From: Leptonemataceae bacterium
GTDB taxonomy: Bacteria > Spirochaetota > Leptospiria > Leptospirales > Leptonemataceae
Length of the DNA: 64,000 nt
Direction: 5' to 3'
Assembly: GCA_965227295.1 (NCBI GenBank)
Contig: OZ245742.1
Coordinates: forward strand, 4,672,001-4,736,000
The notes beneath the pieces were generated by a model. The model saw only the letters and a program-made list of their open reading frames with translations, did no database searches and was not told the DNA's origin. A program made the position numbers and the translations under genes. Shown here piece by piece: positions 11,465-21,026 of the stretch. Position 1 is the first letter of the stretch, and every line of letters begins with the position of its first letter.

Positions 11465-12895
11465 GCGCACGCGACTTCGCAGGAAGTCGACGATGTACTC
11501 GGCGGCCCGTACCGCCGGATTGCCCCGGCCGAGTTGATTCTTACGCACGTCTTCGAGGACGGCCTTCAGAGAATCGCGGTACTCCGGTTCTTCAATGATG
11601 CGTTCGGCCTCGCGCACGATGTTCTCCGGCGTCACTTCACTTTGAATGAGTTCGATCATGGCCTGGCGCTGGGCCAGAAGATTGACGATGCCGATGAAGC
11701 GCGTGCGAATCAAGAACGGCGCGATCATGTAGTTCACCAGGCTGACCTTATACAGCAGGATCATCGGCTTATGAAAGTAGGCGCCTTCGAGGGTGGCGGT
11801 GCCCGAGGCGATGATCAAAAAGTCGCTCGCTTCCATGATCCGCAGACTGCGCTGATAGTACAATTCCACCGGGAGTTCCGGGTATTTGTCCAGCTCCGCC
11901 CGGATCTCGGGACTCAGACGTTCCTCGATGCCCGCGAGTAAAAAGCGAATGCCTCGCCGTTGATAACGTTCGTTAAGTTCTTGTGCCGCACCCAGCATGG
12001 CCGGCAGGAGTCGGGTGACTTCCGAACGGCGGCTACCGGGCACAAGCCCCACGGTGATGAGATCCTTCTTCGCGGCGAGCTTCGGGTGTTCCGGAATGGG
12101 TTCTTCTTTGCGCAATCGCTTCGGCACACGATTTACCAGCGGATGACCGATCCACTGCGCCGGCACCTGCTCGCGATCGTACATGTCCTTCTCGAATTGA
12201 AAGAGCGGCAGCATGAGATCGACGTTTTCGCGGATCGTGCGGATGCGCCCGTACTTCCAGGCCCAGATCTGCGGGCTCACGAGAAAGACCACGGGAATGC
12301 CGGCGGCCTTCAGCATTTTTGCGAAGCGCAAATTGAAGCCGGGATAATCGATGAGGATCGCGAGGGCCGTATCGCGTTCCACGGCGGCGGCCAGGATCTC
12401 ATCCGCCAGAGCCTTCATGCGACGGTAGGCCTTCAACGCCTCCACGAAACCGACAATGTTCAGACTGTCAATGTCCTCGAGGATCTCGACGCCCTGCTCC
12501 TGCATATGCGTGCCTCCGGTACCGAAGAAACGCGAGTAACCCAGGCGAGCGAGTTCCTGCACCACGTCCCCGCCCAACAGGTCGCCGGAGTGTTCCCCGG
12601 CGATGATCAGTACCGGACGCCCGGTGGCAGGAGCGCGGCCCGGGGAGCGCCGCACAGACGGTGGTGTCGCTACGGGCGTCGCGGCCGGGGCCGCGACTTT
12701 CGGGGCGGCTTTTTTCGTAACTTTCTTTGCGGATGTATTAGCAGCCGTCTTGCGCGCGGCCTTTCTCTTCGCGACTTTCTTTACCGGTTCCGCAGGAGCG
12801 GCCTTCTTCGCCGCCGATTTCTTCGCCGATGATTTCTTCGCAGTCTTCTTTTTGGCCGCGGCTTTCTTTGTACTTTTCTTTCGCGAGGATGCCAT
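11459..12895 (-). CDS. lpxB: Lipid-A-disaccharide synthase with N-terminal Lys/Ala-rich extension
   Basis: AGEHSGD, IDYPGFN, SPQIWAW, PGSRRSE, ASGTATLE. Confidence 0.96.
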   Translation of the reverse strand: MASSRKKSTKKAAAKKKTAKKSSAKKSAAKKAAPAEPVKKVAKRKAARKTAANTSAKKVTKKAAPKVAAPAATPVATPPSVRRSPGRAPATGRPVLIIAGEHSGDLLGGDVVQELARLGYSRFFGTGGTHMQEQGVEILEDIDSLNIVGFVEALKAYRRMKALADEILAAAVERDTALAILIDYPGFNLRFAKMLKAAGIPVVFLVSPQIWAWKYGRIRTIRENVDLMLPLFQFEKDMYDREQVPAQWIGHPLVNRVPKRLRKEEPIPEHPKLAAKKDLITVGLVPGSRRSEVTRLLPAMLGAAQELNERYQRRGIRFLLAGIEERLSPEIRAELDKYPELPVELYYQRSLRIMEASDFLIIASGTATLEGAYFHKPMILLYKVSLVNYMIAPFLIRTRFIGIVNLLAQRQAMIELIQSEVTPENIVREAERIIEEPEYRDSLKAVLEDVRKNQLGRGNPAVRAAEYIVDFLRSRVRS

Positions 12896-12940
12896 TTCGT
12901 TTTCGATCGCGCCGGGTTATTAACTTTGCAGCAGACGATG

Positions 12941-13987
12941 TTAGAGCCCGCCGCCGGCGGAGTTCAGGCTCGCCAGGTAACGCTCGTCGGTCAGGGCCCG
13001 TTCCCGACTCGTGGCCACCACGGTGATGCCCTTGCGCCGGGCGTCTTCGAGAAACTCCGCGGGGTTCAGTACGAAGGTGTGCGCCGGATCAAAGGCCAGT
13101 ACCGCGCAGCGCGTCTCTGCCATGATCCCGAGGGTGTGTGCTCCCGTCACGGGAATGTCGAAGCGCCGGTCATGATTCTCCTTCGAAAGTTTGCAGACCA
13201 CGGCTCCGCCCTTGCGGAAAAGTTCTCCGCCCCGGCGGATGCAACGATCGGTCCCTTCCGCGGCCTCGACGGCGAGAACGGCATGATCGCCCACCACCAC
13301 CGACTGGCCGATGTCGAGGCGATTGATGGACTGGGCCATCTCCAGGCCGAAGCGCACGTCGGCGATTTGCTTCTTCGAGAGCTTCGCCCCGTAGCGTCCC
13401 TCGGGGATGAACAGATGACTGAGATACGTATCCTGCGGGATGATCGTGAAGCCCTCTTTTTCCACCACCCCGGCCAGGAATTCAAAGATCGCGTAATCAC
13501 TCTGACTGACCATGCGGGCCAGGAGCAGCAGCGTGCGCGCGTCGAAGCGCGGTTTATTATAGAGGATATCCCGCGTGGATTTGCCGAGCAGCAGAATGCG
13601 CCGGATGCCGCGGCTGCGAAACGCGGCCAGCGTGGATGAGTAAAACTTCGTGAGGATGATGCGCTCGGTGAGATGCGCCAGGTCCGCCGGCGGCGGATCG
13701 TCGGTGAAACACATGGCCCGGATGTCCACTCCGCGACGCAGGGCCTCCCGCATGGCGATCCAGGGCAGTTCTCCCGCGCCGGCAAGGATGCCCACCGGGC
13801 CGTCCTCGTCGGCAGCCGGGATCCCGGCCGGTGCGGCCAGGGACTTCGGCAGGGACGCTTTCTTTTTCGCGGAGGAAGCCTGCTTCTTCTTCTGTGCGGC
13901 AGACGCCTTTTTTTTCGCCGGGCGCTTCTTCGTCGCACTGCGTTTTTTAGACGCGGCTTTCTTTTTGGATGTCTTGCGTTTCGCCAC
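12941..13987 (-). CDS. lpxI: UDP-2,3-diacylglucosamine pyrophosphatase LpxI with N-terminal Lys-rich extension
   Basis: GILAGAGELP, DIGQSVVV, AVEAAEGTD, RFDIPVTG; adjacent to lpxB. Confidence 0.92.
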   Translation of the reverse strand: MAKRKTSKKKAASKKRSATKKRPAKKKASAAQKKKQASSAKKKASLPKSLAAPAGIPAADEDGPVGILAGAGELPWIAMREALRRGVDIRAMCFTDDPPPADLAHLTERIILTKFYSSTLAAFRSRGIRRILLLGKSTRDILYNKPRFDARTLLLLARMVSQSDYAIFEFLAGVVEKEGFTIIPQDTYLSHLFIPEGRYGAKLSKKQIADVRFGLEMAQSINRLDIGQSVVVGDHAVLAVEAAEGTDRCIRRGGELFRKGGAVVCKLSKENHDRRFDIPVTGAHTLGIMAETRCAVLAFDPAHTFVLNPAEFLEDARRKGITVVATSRERALTDERYLASLNSAGGGL

Positions 13988-13999
13988 GAAAGAGCCGCG

Positions 14000-14305
14000 T
14001 TACTCCGAAGACTTCGCGCTGGACGTGCCGGATGTCGGCGAAGAGGAACCGCCGCCGCTTCCGCTTCCGCTTCCGGAAGATTCGCCGCCACCGGAAGAGC
14101 CGCCGCTCTTTGACTCACCGCCGGATTTTTTGCGATAGTCCGTCACGTAAAAACCGGAGCCCTTGAATACGATGCCGGCGCCGCCGCCGATGACTCGCTG
14201 CACTTTGCCGCCGCATTCCTGACAGACGGTCTGCGGGTCGGCGGACATGGACTCGAACGCGTCGTAACGATGGTCGTTCTCGCATTGGTACGTATAGGTC
14301 GGCAT
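14000..14305 (-). CDS. FmdB-family zinc-ribbon protein with Ser/Gly tail
   Basis: MPTYTYQC..H...CQECGG, FKGSGFYVTDY. Confidence 0.9.
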   Translation of the reverse strand: MPTYTYQCENDHRYDAFESMSADPQTVCQECGGKVQRVIGGGAGIVFKGSGFYVTDYRKKSGGESKSGGSSGGGESSGSGSGSGGGSSSPTSGTSSAKSSE

Positions 14306-14360
14306 GCGACCAAATACGGAAAACGCGGCAACGCAGTCGACTCGAAAACGAACGCCGCGC

Positions 14361-15002
14361 TCAACCGAGGGCGCTCGCAAACCACTGCAGCAGGGGGCTG
14401 AAACCCGCCGGGGCCAGCAGGCCCGTGAGCACCAGGCCGGTCAGGGCCCCGCCCAGGTGGCCCTCGTGGGAAATCCCGTCCCGGGTGTTCCGCGCGATCA
14501 AGAAAATCGCAATGATGATGTAGGCCAGGGAAAAGACCGGTCCCGGGATCGGCACGGGGATGAAGAAAAAGATCACCGAGATGCTCGGGTCGATCACCAC
14601 CGCGGCCAGCACAATGCCGAAGACGCTGCCGCTGGCGCCGAGACAGCGATAGGTCGGATCGTGGCGGCGCAGCGCGAAAACGACGAGGTCGGAGCCGAAG
14701 CCCGCAAGCACGTAGATCACAAGAAAGGCTACGGGGCCGACTTCCTCAAGGACGCCGCCGGCGAACGAAAAGAGCGCCAGCATGTTGAACGCCAGGTGCA
14801 ACCAGCCGGCGTGGGCGAAGTGCGCGAGCAACCAGCCCATGCCGTTTTCTCCGCGGGCCACGGCGTGCGGGATAAACAAAAAACGATCCGCCGCGGGACG
14901 TCCACTGACGCCGTCGATTTCGGCGGGGTTGCCGCGCAGCGCCTGGAAACCCCACAGGCTGATGATGACGTTGACGGCAATGACGGCGATAAGAACGATC
15001 AT
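14361..15002 (-). CDS. Rhomboid-family intramembrane serine protease
   Basis: HLAFNM, GASG, HEGHLGG; multiple TM helices. Confidence 0.9.
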   Translation of the reverse strand: MIVLIAVIAVNVIISLWGFQALRGNPAEIDGVSGRPAADRFLFIPHAVARGENGMGWLLAHFAHAGWLHLAFNMLALFSFAGGVLEEVGPVAFLVIYVLAGFGSDLVVFALRRHDPTYRCLGASGSVFGIVLAAVVIDPSISVIFFFIPVPIPGPVFSLAYIIIAIFLIARNTRDGISHEGHLGGALTGLVLTGLLAPAGFSPLLQWFASALG

Positions 15003-15058
15003 ACACGCGAGCCTGGCTGTTTGCGCCGATTACGCAAGCTCGAAAACACGGAAACATC

Positions 15059-15952
15059 ATGTCCGACCTTGCCGACATCACCGCCATCGTTCCCGTTTCC
15101 GATCGCCCGCAACTCCTGGTAGAAGCCGTGGCTTCGATTTGTGCGGGTACGGTGCTGCCGAAACAGATCATCGTCGTCTACAACGCTCGCGATCATGCGA
15201 CGCGGGACCGGGATCGCGCGGCGCTGGATGCCTGGCAGCAGGCGCATCATGCAAATCAGAATGATTCGAGGATCGAACACGTAATTTGTGAGATCCCCGG
15301 CCCCGCCGCGGCCCGCAATGCCGGCGCGGTGGGAGCGCGCTGTCGTTATCTCGCGTTCCTGGACTCGGACGATCTCTGGACGGAACGCAAGCTGGAACTG
15401 CAACTGGAACATCTGGCGCGCCGACCGCATCTGCACGCCTGCCATACGGCGGAACGCTGGATCAAAAACGATCGGTTGTTACAACAGCCGCAACACCTGC
15501 GTGCACGTCGCGGCCGCTTTCTCGGGGCCTCGTTTTATCATTGCTTAATTTCATGTTCGTCGATCTTAATGGAGCGGCGCGTCTTTGAAGAACTCGGCGG
15601 CTTCGACGAGGCCTTTCGCGTTTGCGAGGATTTCGAGCTGTGGCTGCGCTATCTCGCGCGTCGTCCCATCGGCCTGGCGGAGGCACCGGCCGGCGACGGC
15701 GCGTTGACGATCAAACGCTCCGGCGGCTGGCCCCAGGAAAGTTCGCGCTATCACAGCCTGGATGCGCTGCGGATTCGGGCGGTGTTGAAGTTGATGGAAC
15801 ACGATCGCGAACGATTGTCGCAGGCGGAAATCGATGCGGCGCGCGCGGCCTGCGAACGAAAGCTGGGGATCCTTGCGGCCGGCGCGGAAAAATACGACAC
15901 TCGCACGCGGGTGGATGAGTTGCGGGAACGAGTGGAACGGACGTTTGCGTAA
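15059..15952 (+). CDS. Glycosyltransferase family 2
   Basis: GPAAARNAG, FLDSDD, GGFDE..CEDFELWLR. Confidence 0.9.
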   Translation: MSDLADITAIVPVSDRPQLLVEAVASICAGTVLPKQIIVVYNARDHATRDRDRAALDAWQQAHHANQNDSRIEHVICEIPGPAAARNAGAVGARCRYLAFLDSDDLWTERKLELQLEHLARRPHLHACHTAERWIKNDRLLQQPQHLRARRGRFLGASFYHCLISCSSILMERRVFEELGGFDEAFRVCEDFELWLRYLARRPIGLAEAPAGDGALTIKRSGGWPQESSRYHSLDALRIRAVLKLMEHDRERLSQAEIDAARAACERKLGILAAGAEKYDTRTRVDELRERVERTFA

Positions 15953-15971
15953 CGCTTCCGCCGCGGTCCGA

Positions 15972-17699
15972 CTACGGATTAAACGCGTCCTGCTCGGACT
16001 GCATGCGATCGATGACCGTATCGATGTCGATGCCGTAGCGCGAGAAGATCGTGTTCCGCGTGAAGTCGTAACGCACGAGGGAGATGTTGTAGTTGATCGT
16101 CGCTTCCATTTGCGCCTGGCGGGCCTGGACCACGGCGTCCAGCGCTTCCTTCACCGAGTTCGCCGTAAAGCGACCCTGCTGGCGATAGCGACGCACCAGG
16201 CCGTTGTAAAACGCCCGGGTTTGCGCCAGGGCCTCGCGGGACTTTTCCATGGCGGCGTAGGTAACGCGAATCGTTTCGATGCCCTCGGCGATCTGGTCGC
16301 GAATTTCCCGGCGCAGTTGCTCTTCCTGGATCGAAAGCTGGCGCAGACTGATCTTCGCATTGCGCGCATCCACCCGGGCCTCTTCGTTCCAGAGCGGATA
16401 CTCCACTTTGAATTCGATGCCGTACTCGGGATAACGCCCGCGCGGGACCTCGTTCCACGACGTGCTCGCATGCCGGCCGTAGTCGCGGCTCGAGTAAGTT
16501 CCGCCGATCGTGACCGAGGGCAGGAGCTGATTCTCCGCGATCTCGAAGGCCTTGCGCGCGTTTTCCATTTGCAGCTTGATCGACTTGAAGTCCGGTCGTG
16601 ACTCGTAGGCCGTCTTCAGATCACGATCCTGGTTCAGGTCTTGCGGCAGATCGGTACGCAGCGCGGTGGCGCCGGACAGCGGGAGTTGCGGATCCAGGTT
16701 CATAACGCGCAGGAGCGAACGGCGCTTTGAGTTGCGATCCAGTTGCGCGGCGTCCAGACGCGCCTCGGCCTGGGCCAACAACGCGTTGAACTGGTTCACC
16801 TCGAACGACTCGGCGGTGCCGATGCGGCGTTTCTGAATCGTTATGCCGCGGATGTTTCGCGTGTTCTTAAAGAGTTCTTCGGCGGTACGCACGTTCTCTT
16901 CGGCGATGGATAACTGCCAGTACTCGACCATGGTCTGCACGACCAGACCGGTGAGTTCGTAGACCAGGTCCTGGCGCTGGATGGCCGCTAAGTTGCGATT
17001 AATGTCATTTAAGCGGCGCTGACTGTAACCGAAGGCGTTCTTTAAGAGTTCCTGGCGCAACACGAAGGTGAGCGCGCCGGTGTGCAACGGACGCTGGGGC
17101 CGCAACGGATCTCCGCCGCCGCCTACCAGGTTTTCGAGAAAGTCGCCCTCGTTGCGGTTGCTGTCGAAGCGCGTGTCCGAGACCTCGGCTTCGAAGTAGG
17201 TTCCCGTTTCGAAGAGTTTGCTCAGCTTCGCGTAGATGCGATCCGTGTCTTCAATGTTTCCCTGCGACAGGTAGCCGGGATACTTAAAGCTGCGGGAGTT
17301 CTGTCCCTGGTAGCCGCCCTCGAGGACCGGGCTGTACCGGGCCTCGTCTTTTAAAAGCTCGGTGTCGGCTTTCAGGATTTCGAGTTGCTGAATGCGTACG
17401 AGATTGTTGTTGTCGAGGACCAGGCGGATGGTCTGTTCCATGGAGAGCGGAAGCGGATTGCCCTCTTCGTCCACGGGCACGGTGCCGTACTGCGGCTGTT
17501 CCTCCGCGGCGGGTTCCACGGCCGGGCCGGTCGGTTCCGCTTCTGCCGGCGCTTTTTCACCGCCGGCGTTCTCATCGCTGAAGTACTGGTCGTCGCCGCC
17601 GTCTTCCGACTCCTGCCCGGACAACGTCCCGGACACGGAAATGAGCACGACGAAAAACAGAGCGTATGCGGCCAGAGCCAGAAACCGGACGAACCTCAT
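15972..17699 (-). CDS. TolC-family outer membrane efflux protein
   Basis: Signal peptide; two OEP-like repeats (LSMEQTIRLVLDNN; AYESRPDF; NQLLPSVTI; KVEYPLWN). Confidence 0.85.
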   Translation of the reverse strand: MRFVRFLALAAYALFFVVLISVSGTLSGQESEDGGDDQYFSDENAGGEKAPAEAEPTGPAVEPAAEEQPQYGTVPVDEEGNPLPLSMEQTIRLVLDNNNLVRIQQLEILKADTELLKDEARYSPVLEGGYQGQNSRSFKYPGYLSQGNIEDTDRIYAKLSKLFETGTYFEAEVSDTRFDSNRNEGDFLENLVGGGGDPLRPQRPLHTGALTFVLRQELLKNAFGYSQRRLNDINRNLAAIQRQDLVYELTGLVVQTMVEYWQLSIAEENVRTAEELFKNTRNIRGITIQKRRIGTAESFEVNQFNALLAQAEARLDAAQLDRNSKRRSLLRVMNLDPQLPLSGATALRTDLPQDLNQDRDLKTAYESRPDFKSIKLQMENARKAFEIAENQLLPSVTIGGTYSSRDYGRHASTSWNEVPRGRYPEYGIEFKVEYPLWNEEARVDARNAKISLRQLSIQEEQLRREIRDQIAEGIETIRVTYAAMEKSREALAQTRAFYNGLVRRYRQQGRFTANSVKEALDAVVQARQAQMEATINYNISLVRYDFTRNTIFSRYGIDIDTVIDRMQSEQDAFNP

Positions 17700-17853
17700 G
17701 ATGCGTCACTCTCCGACGGAACGTCACAGCTTCCAGTGATTTTAGTACTCTGGTACATGAAAACGAAAGATATGCTGCGAAAATGCTTCCCGCAAAGCAG
17801 CTCTGCGATTCGCTGTCTAATAGAGGGTTGGATTCGACCACCGATTTTTTCCT

Positions 17854-18573
17854 GTGAGATTATTCCAGACCATACCAGCGCTTGCGGTCGCCCCGTTCTT
17901 CCTGGGCGCGGCCCTGTCCTGTAGCTCCGGGCCGAAACCCGGCCGGGAAGAGGTACAGGAGGAACCGCTCCCGTCGGTGTCCATGCTCTTGCCCTCGCCC
18001 CTGGAAAACGAGGCGCGCTCCGAACAAGAACGCATGCTGCGCCTCTTTTCGGCCCCGGTGCTGAACCTCGGCCTCATCGAAGACGCGGCCGAGACGTACG
18101 AGGCAACCTCCCGAAAGCGCATCGCCGAACGCCAGGCAGACCTGGCGGAGCACGTCTGCGGCCTGCCCGGGGAACGCCGGGAACGGGAAATCGAACGGCT
18201 GCGCATTCTCCAGCGGCGACAGTACGCGCGCTGGCGCTCGCTCCAGGCTCGCTACGAGGCCAGCCTGCGTTACCAGCTCGAACGGGACGTGGACGAACAC
18301 AACCCCGCTCAGGTGGCGGAGCTGGATCGCATCCTCCAGGCACGCAAGGCCGTGCAACTGCTGCAGGCGGAACGCCAGAGCCTGGTCGGCCGCGCCTACG
18401 ATCGATACCTGGCCAATCTTGCCGGTGGACTGGAAAACGGATGCAGCCCGGCCCCGGCGGTCCTGCCCCGGGAGCAGCTCTACCGGCCGTACTACCTGGC
18501 CCTGTATCGTTTTCTTTCCCTGATGGCCCCCGGGCAACGTTCCAGGCTGCTTCTGGAATTGCACAAACCCTGA
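17854..18573 (+). CDS. Hypothetical lipoprotein, helical
   Basis: Lipobox-like LGAALSC; divergent from tolC; abuts the next gene. Confidence 0.55.
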   Translation: MRLFQTIPALAVAPFFLGAALSCSSGPKPGREEVQEEPLPSVSMLLPSPLENEARSEQERMLRLFSAPVLNLGLIEDAAETYEATSRKRIAERQADLAEHVCGLPGERREREIERLRILQRRQYARWRSLQARYEASLRYQLERDVDEHNPAQVAELDRILQARKAVQLLQAERQSLVGRAYDRYLANLAGGLENGCSPAPAVLPREQLYRPYYLALYRFLSLMAPGQRSRLLLELHKP

Positions 18574-18593
18574 AAACTGCCGATAGATTCGGT

Positions 18594-20327
18594 ATGCGTC
18601 CCCGTACTGTTCGCCCCCGCAATGCGCGCATTCTTGTGGGTTTGATTCTCATCGCGGCCATTGCCTTGCTGATCGCCTCCCACGGTTTGCAGGCCGAACG
18701 CCTGAGCGCCGGCACGCCGGATGAGCCGGACTTCGGCCGGGTCACCATGATCGGCACGGAGAGCTTCCAGGCGCGGGACGCAAGCCAGGACATTCGCCTG
18801 GAAACGATCTCGCACCACGGCGATCCGTCGAATCTGCTCTACCTGGACTTCGACCAACCCGCTCCGCAATTGCTCCGGGACGCCGCCGGTCGCTACCAGA
18901 TCAAAGAGTCGAGCTACATTCAGAGCCCGGACGTCCGCCACGGCTCCGGCGCGGCCCTGTTCAATCGCCTGGAGAATCGCGTGGTAGTCGCATCACCGGA
19001 GGAACTCTGGCCGGGCACCGGCAACTCGGACGATTTCACGATTGAGATGTGGATTCGACCGATTTACTTCTATAGAAAGAACGTCATTTTTCGTAAGATG
19101 AGCATGCTCGGTGGAGAACGCCGCGGCCTCGAGATTACCATCGAAGACGATCGCCTGGTCGTGGACGCGCACAAACTCTTCGAGGACGCGGGCGGGCGCC
19201 TGCATTCCGTACGGCTGGTTTCGCGTTCCGGGATTCGTACGGGACAGTGGTGGCATGTGAGCCTGACCTTCGAAGCCGCCCGGGGTCGCCTGCGCCTCTA
19301 CATCAACGGCGAAGAAGAACGCGTGAGCCTGGCAAAGGATGCGAGCGGGGTCTGGCGCCTGCGCTTTCATCCGCTGGACCGCTCGCCGTTTTTGATCGGC
19401 GAAAGCTATGCCGGCAGCCTCGACGAATTTCGCATTACGGCCCGGGTCCTCTCTCCCGAGGACGGCGACCTGAAAACCTCGCTGTTTCCGCGTCGTTACG
19501 TGAACTTCGAAACCATGCGGGCCCGCCAGAAGATGGGCCAGGTGATTTCCGGGGTCCTGCTGCCGGGCGGCGGTCGGGTGCGGAGCGGACGCGTGCGATT
19601 CCTCGGCGAAGAGCCCCCCGGCACGATTTTGAACTTTTACATCCGCTCCTCGACGGAGCCCTTTGCAGCCGATGCCCCCGCCGTAAACCAGCTGGCCTGG
19701 CGCCGGGTCGACAGCCGCGGCGATCTCAAGCAGAGCTTCGCCTATTTTCAATGGAAAGCGGAACTCCAGGCCGATCCCGACGGACGCAAGAGTCCGATCC
19801 TGCGCGAAGTTCAACTGGACTTCTCTCCCCTGGAAGCGCCGCCGCCGCCGGCAGACCTCCGCCTGGCGGAGGGCACCCTCGGTCGCAATGGCCACCGGCA
19901 ACTCGTCCTCGAGTGGGACCTGAGCCCGGATACCCGCGTCGAACAGGGCGGCTATTACGTCTACTACGGCCTCCGCCCGGGCGAGTACCTCGGCCGGCTG
20001 AAGAGTCGCCGGGCCCCGGACGGCAGCGCCGAAAAGATCCGGGCCCTGGAAGATCCGGCGCGTTTTCCGGTCACCGGAGAAGAGCTCGGCCTGGCATCCG
20101 GCCGGGCCGAACGACTCCAGCGGCTCATGCGAAATCGCGTCCGCCTGATTGTGGACAATGACCTCATCCAGCTGAATACGGAGCATGGTCCCGGGGCCCG
20201 CCGCCTCCCGTTTCTCCGGGAAAACCGTACCTACTACTTCGCTGTTTCGGCCTACGATGAAGACGGCGTGGAATCCAGGCTCTCGAACGAGATCATCGCC
20301 ACCATCAAGCCGCCCCTCGATGAATGA
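18594..20327 (+). CDS. Exported LamG/concanavalin-A-like plus fibronectin-III domain protein
   Basis: DFTIEMWI, GQWWHVSLTF, LYING, GSLDEFRI; C-terminal YYFAVSAYD..ES..SN. Start set at ATG 18594. Confidence 0.8.
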   Translation: MRPRTVRPRNARILVGLILIAAIALLIASHGLQAERLSAGTPDEPDFGRVTMIGTESFQARDASQDIRLETISHHGDPSNLLYLDFDQPAPQLLRDAAGRYQIKESSYIQSPDVRHGSGAALFNRLENRVVVASPEELWPGTGNSDDFTIEMWIRPIYFYRKNVIFRKMSMLGGERRGLEITIEDDRLVVDAHKLFEDAGGRLHSVRLVSRSGIRTGQWWHVSLTFEAARGRLRLYINGEEERVSLAKDASGVWRLRFHPLDRSPFLIGESYAGSLDEFRITARVLSPEDGDLKTSLFPRRYVNFETMRARQKMGQVISGVLLPGGGRVRSGRVRFLGEEPPGTILNFYIRSSTEPFAADAPAVNQLAWRRVDSRGDLKQSFAYFQWKAELQADPDGRKSPILREVQLDFSPLEAPPPPADLRLAEGTLGRNGHRQLVLEWDLSPDTRVEQGGYYVYYGLRPGEYLGRLKSRRAPDGSAEKIRALEDPARFPVTGEELGLASGRAERLQRLMRNRVRLIVDNDLIQLNTEHGPGARRLPFLRENRTYYFAVSAYDEDGVESRLSNEIIATIKPPLDE

Positions 20328-20333
20328 TTAAAA

Positions 20334-20390
20334 TCGAACAACCGTTCGAAAAAAGTGATTGACGGCGGCGTATTTATAACGATCGTTCGA
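20334..20390. promoter_or_regulatory. Two candidate TetR operators (TCGAAC-N4-GTTCGA and TATAAC-GATC-GTTCGA)
   Basis: Perfect palindrome at 20334-20349 and a related copy at 20375-20390, directly before the TetR start. Confidence 0.6.
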
Positions 20391-20395
20391 TATAC

Positions 20396-20965
20396 ATGCC
20401 GAAGATCGTCAACCACCAGGAAGTCCGGGAAGCCATTCTCGCGGACTCCTTCGAATTGTTCGCCCGCCGCGGCTACGCCTCCGTGAGTATGCGGACCATC
20501 GCCTCGGAGCTGAAAATCTCCACGGGCACGCTCTATCACTATTTCCCGACGAAAGAGGCCATCTTCCAGGAGATGTTCGGTTTCATCTCCCGGCGGACCG
20601 TGGAGGACGCCGTGGTCGAATTGAGCCGGGAACCCGATCCCGGCCGGCGCCTGGAGCTGCTCTTTGCGTACACCCGGCGCCGGGAAGCGCACTTCCAGAA
20701 CATGCTGTTTTTGATTATGGATTATTACCGGCACCAGAATCCCGAGGACGCCGGCGACTTCATTCAGCAAATCGTCGGCTACTTTCGCCGGATGATCGCC
20801 GAGCAGCTCGGCTACGACGATCCGGACCGCGCCGCCGCGACGTTCAGCATGCTCCTCGGGATTCTCATGCACCGGCTCCTGGACCCCGGCATGGGCTTCG
20901 AACGTCTGCTGGCGGCGCAGTTCCGGGCCTTCGGCGGAGCCGGGCTGCCGGTGCAGGCTGAGTAA
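20396..20965 (+). CDS. TetR/AcrR-family regulator
   Basis: FARRGY..SMRTIA...STGTLYHYFPTKE HTH. Confidence 0.95.
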   Translation: MPKIVNHQEVREAILADSFELFARRGYASVSMRTIASELKISTGTLYHYFPTKEAIFQEMFGFISRRTVEDAVVELSREPDPGRRLELLFAYTRRREAHFQNMLFLIMDYYRHQNPEDAGDFIQQIVGYFRRMIAEQLGYDDPDRAAATFSMLLGILMHRLLDPGMGFERLLAAQFRAFGGAGLPVQAE

Positions 20966-21026
20966 TTTTATCTGATTAAGTATTACGAAACATATTCTAA
21001 GAGAGTTTTCGCGAACGAGGTTTCCC

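Noticed and set aside
18560..18586. GCCGATAG before the LamG gene as a sigma-28 -10 box
   Set aside because: No TAAA-like -35 at 15-nt spacing.
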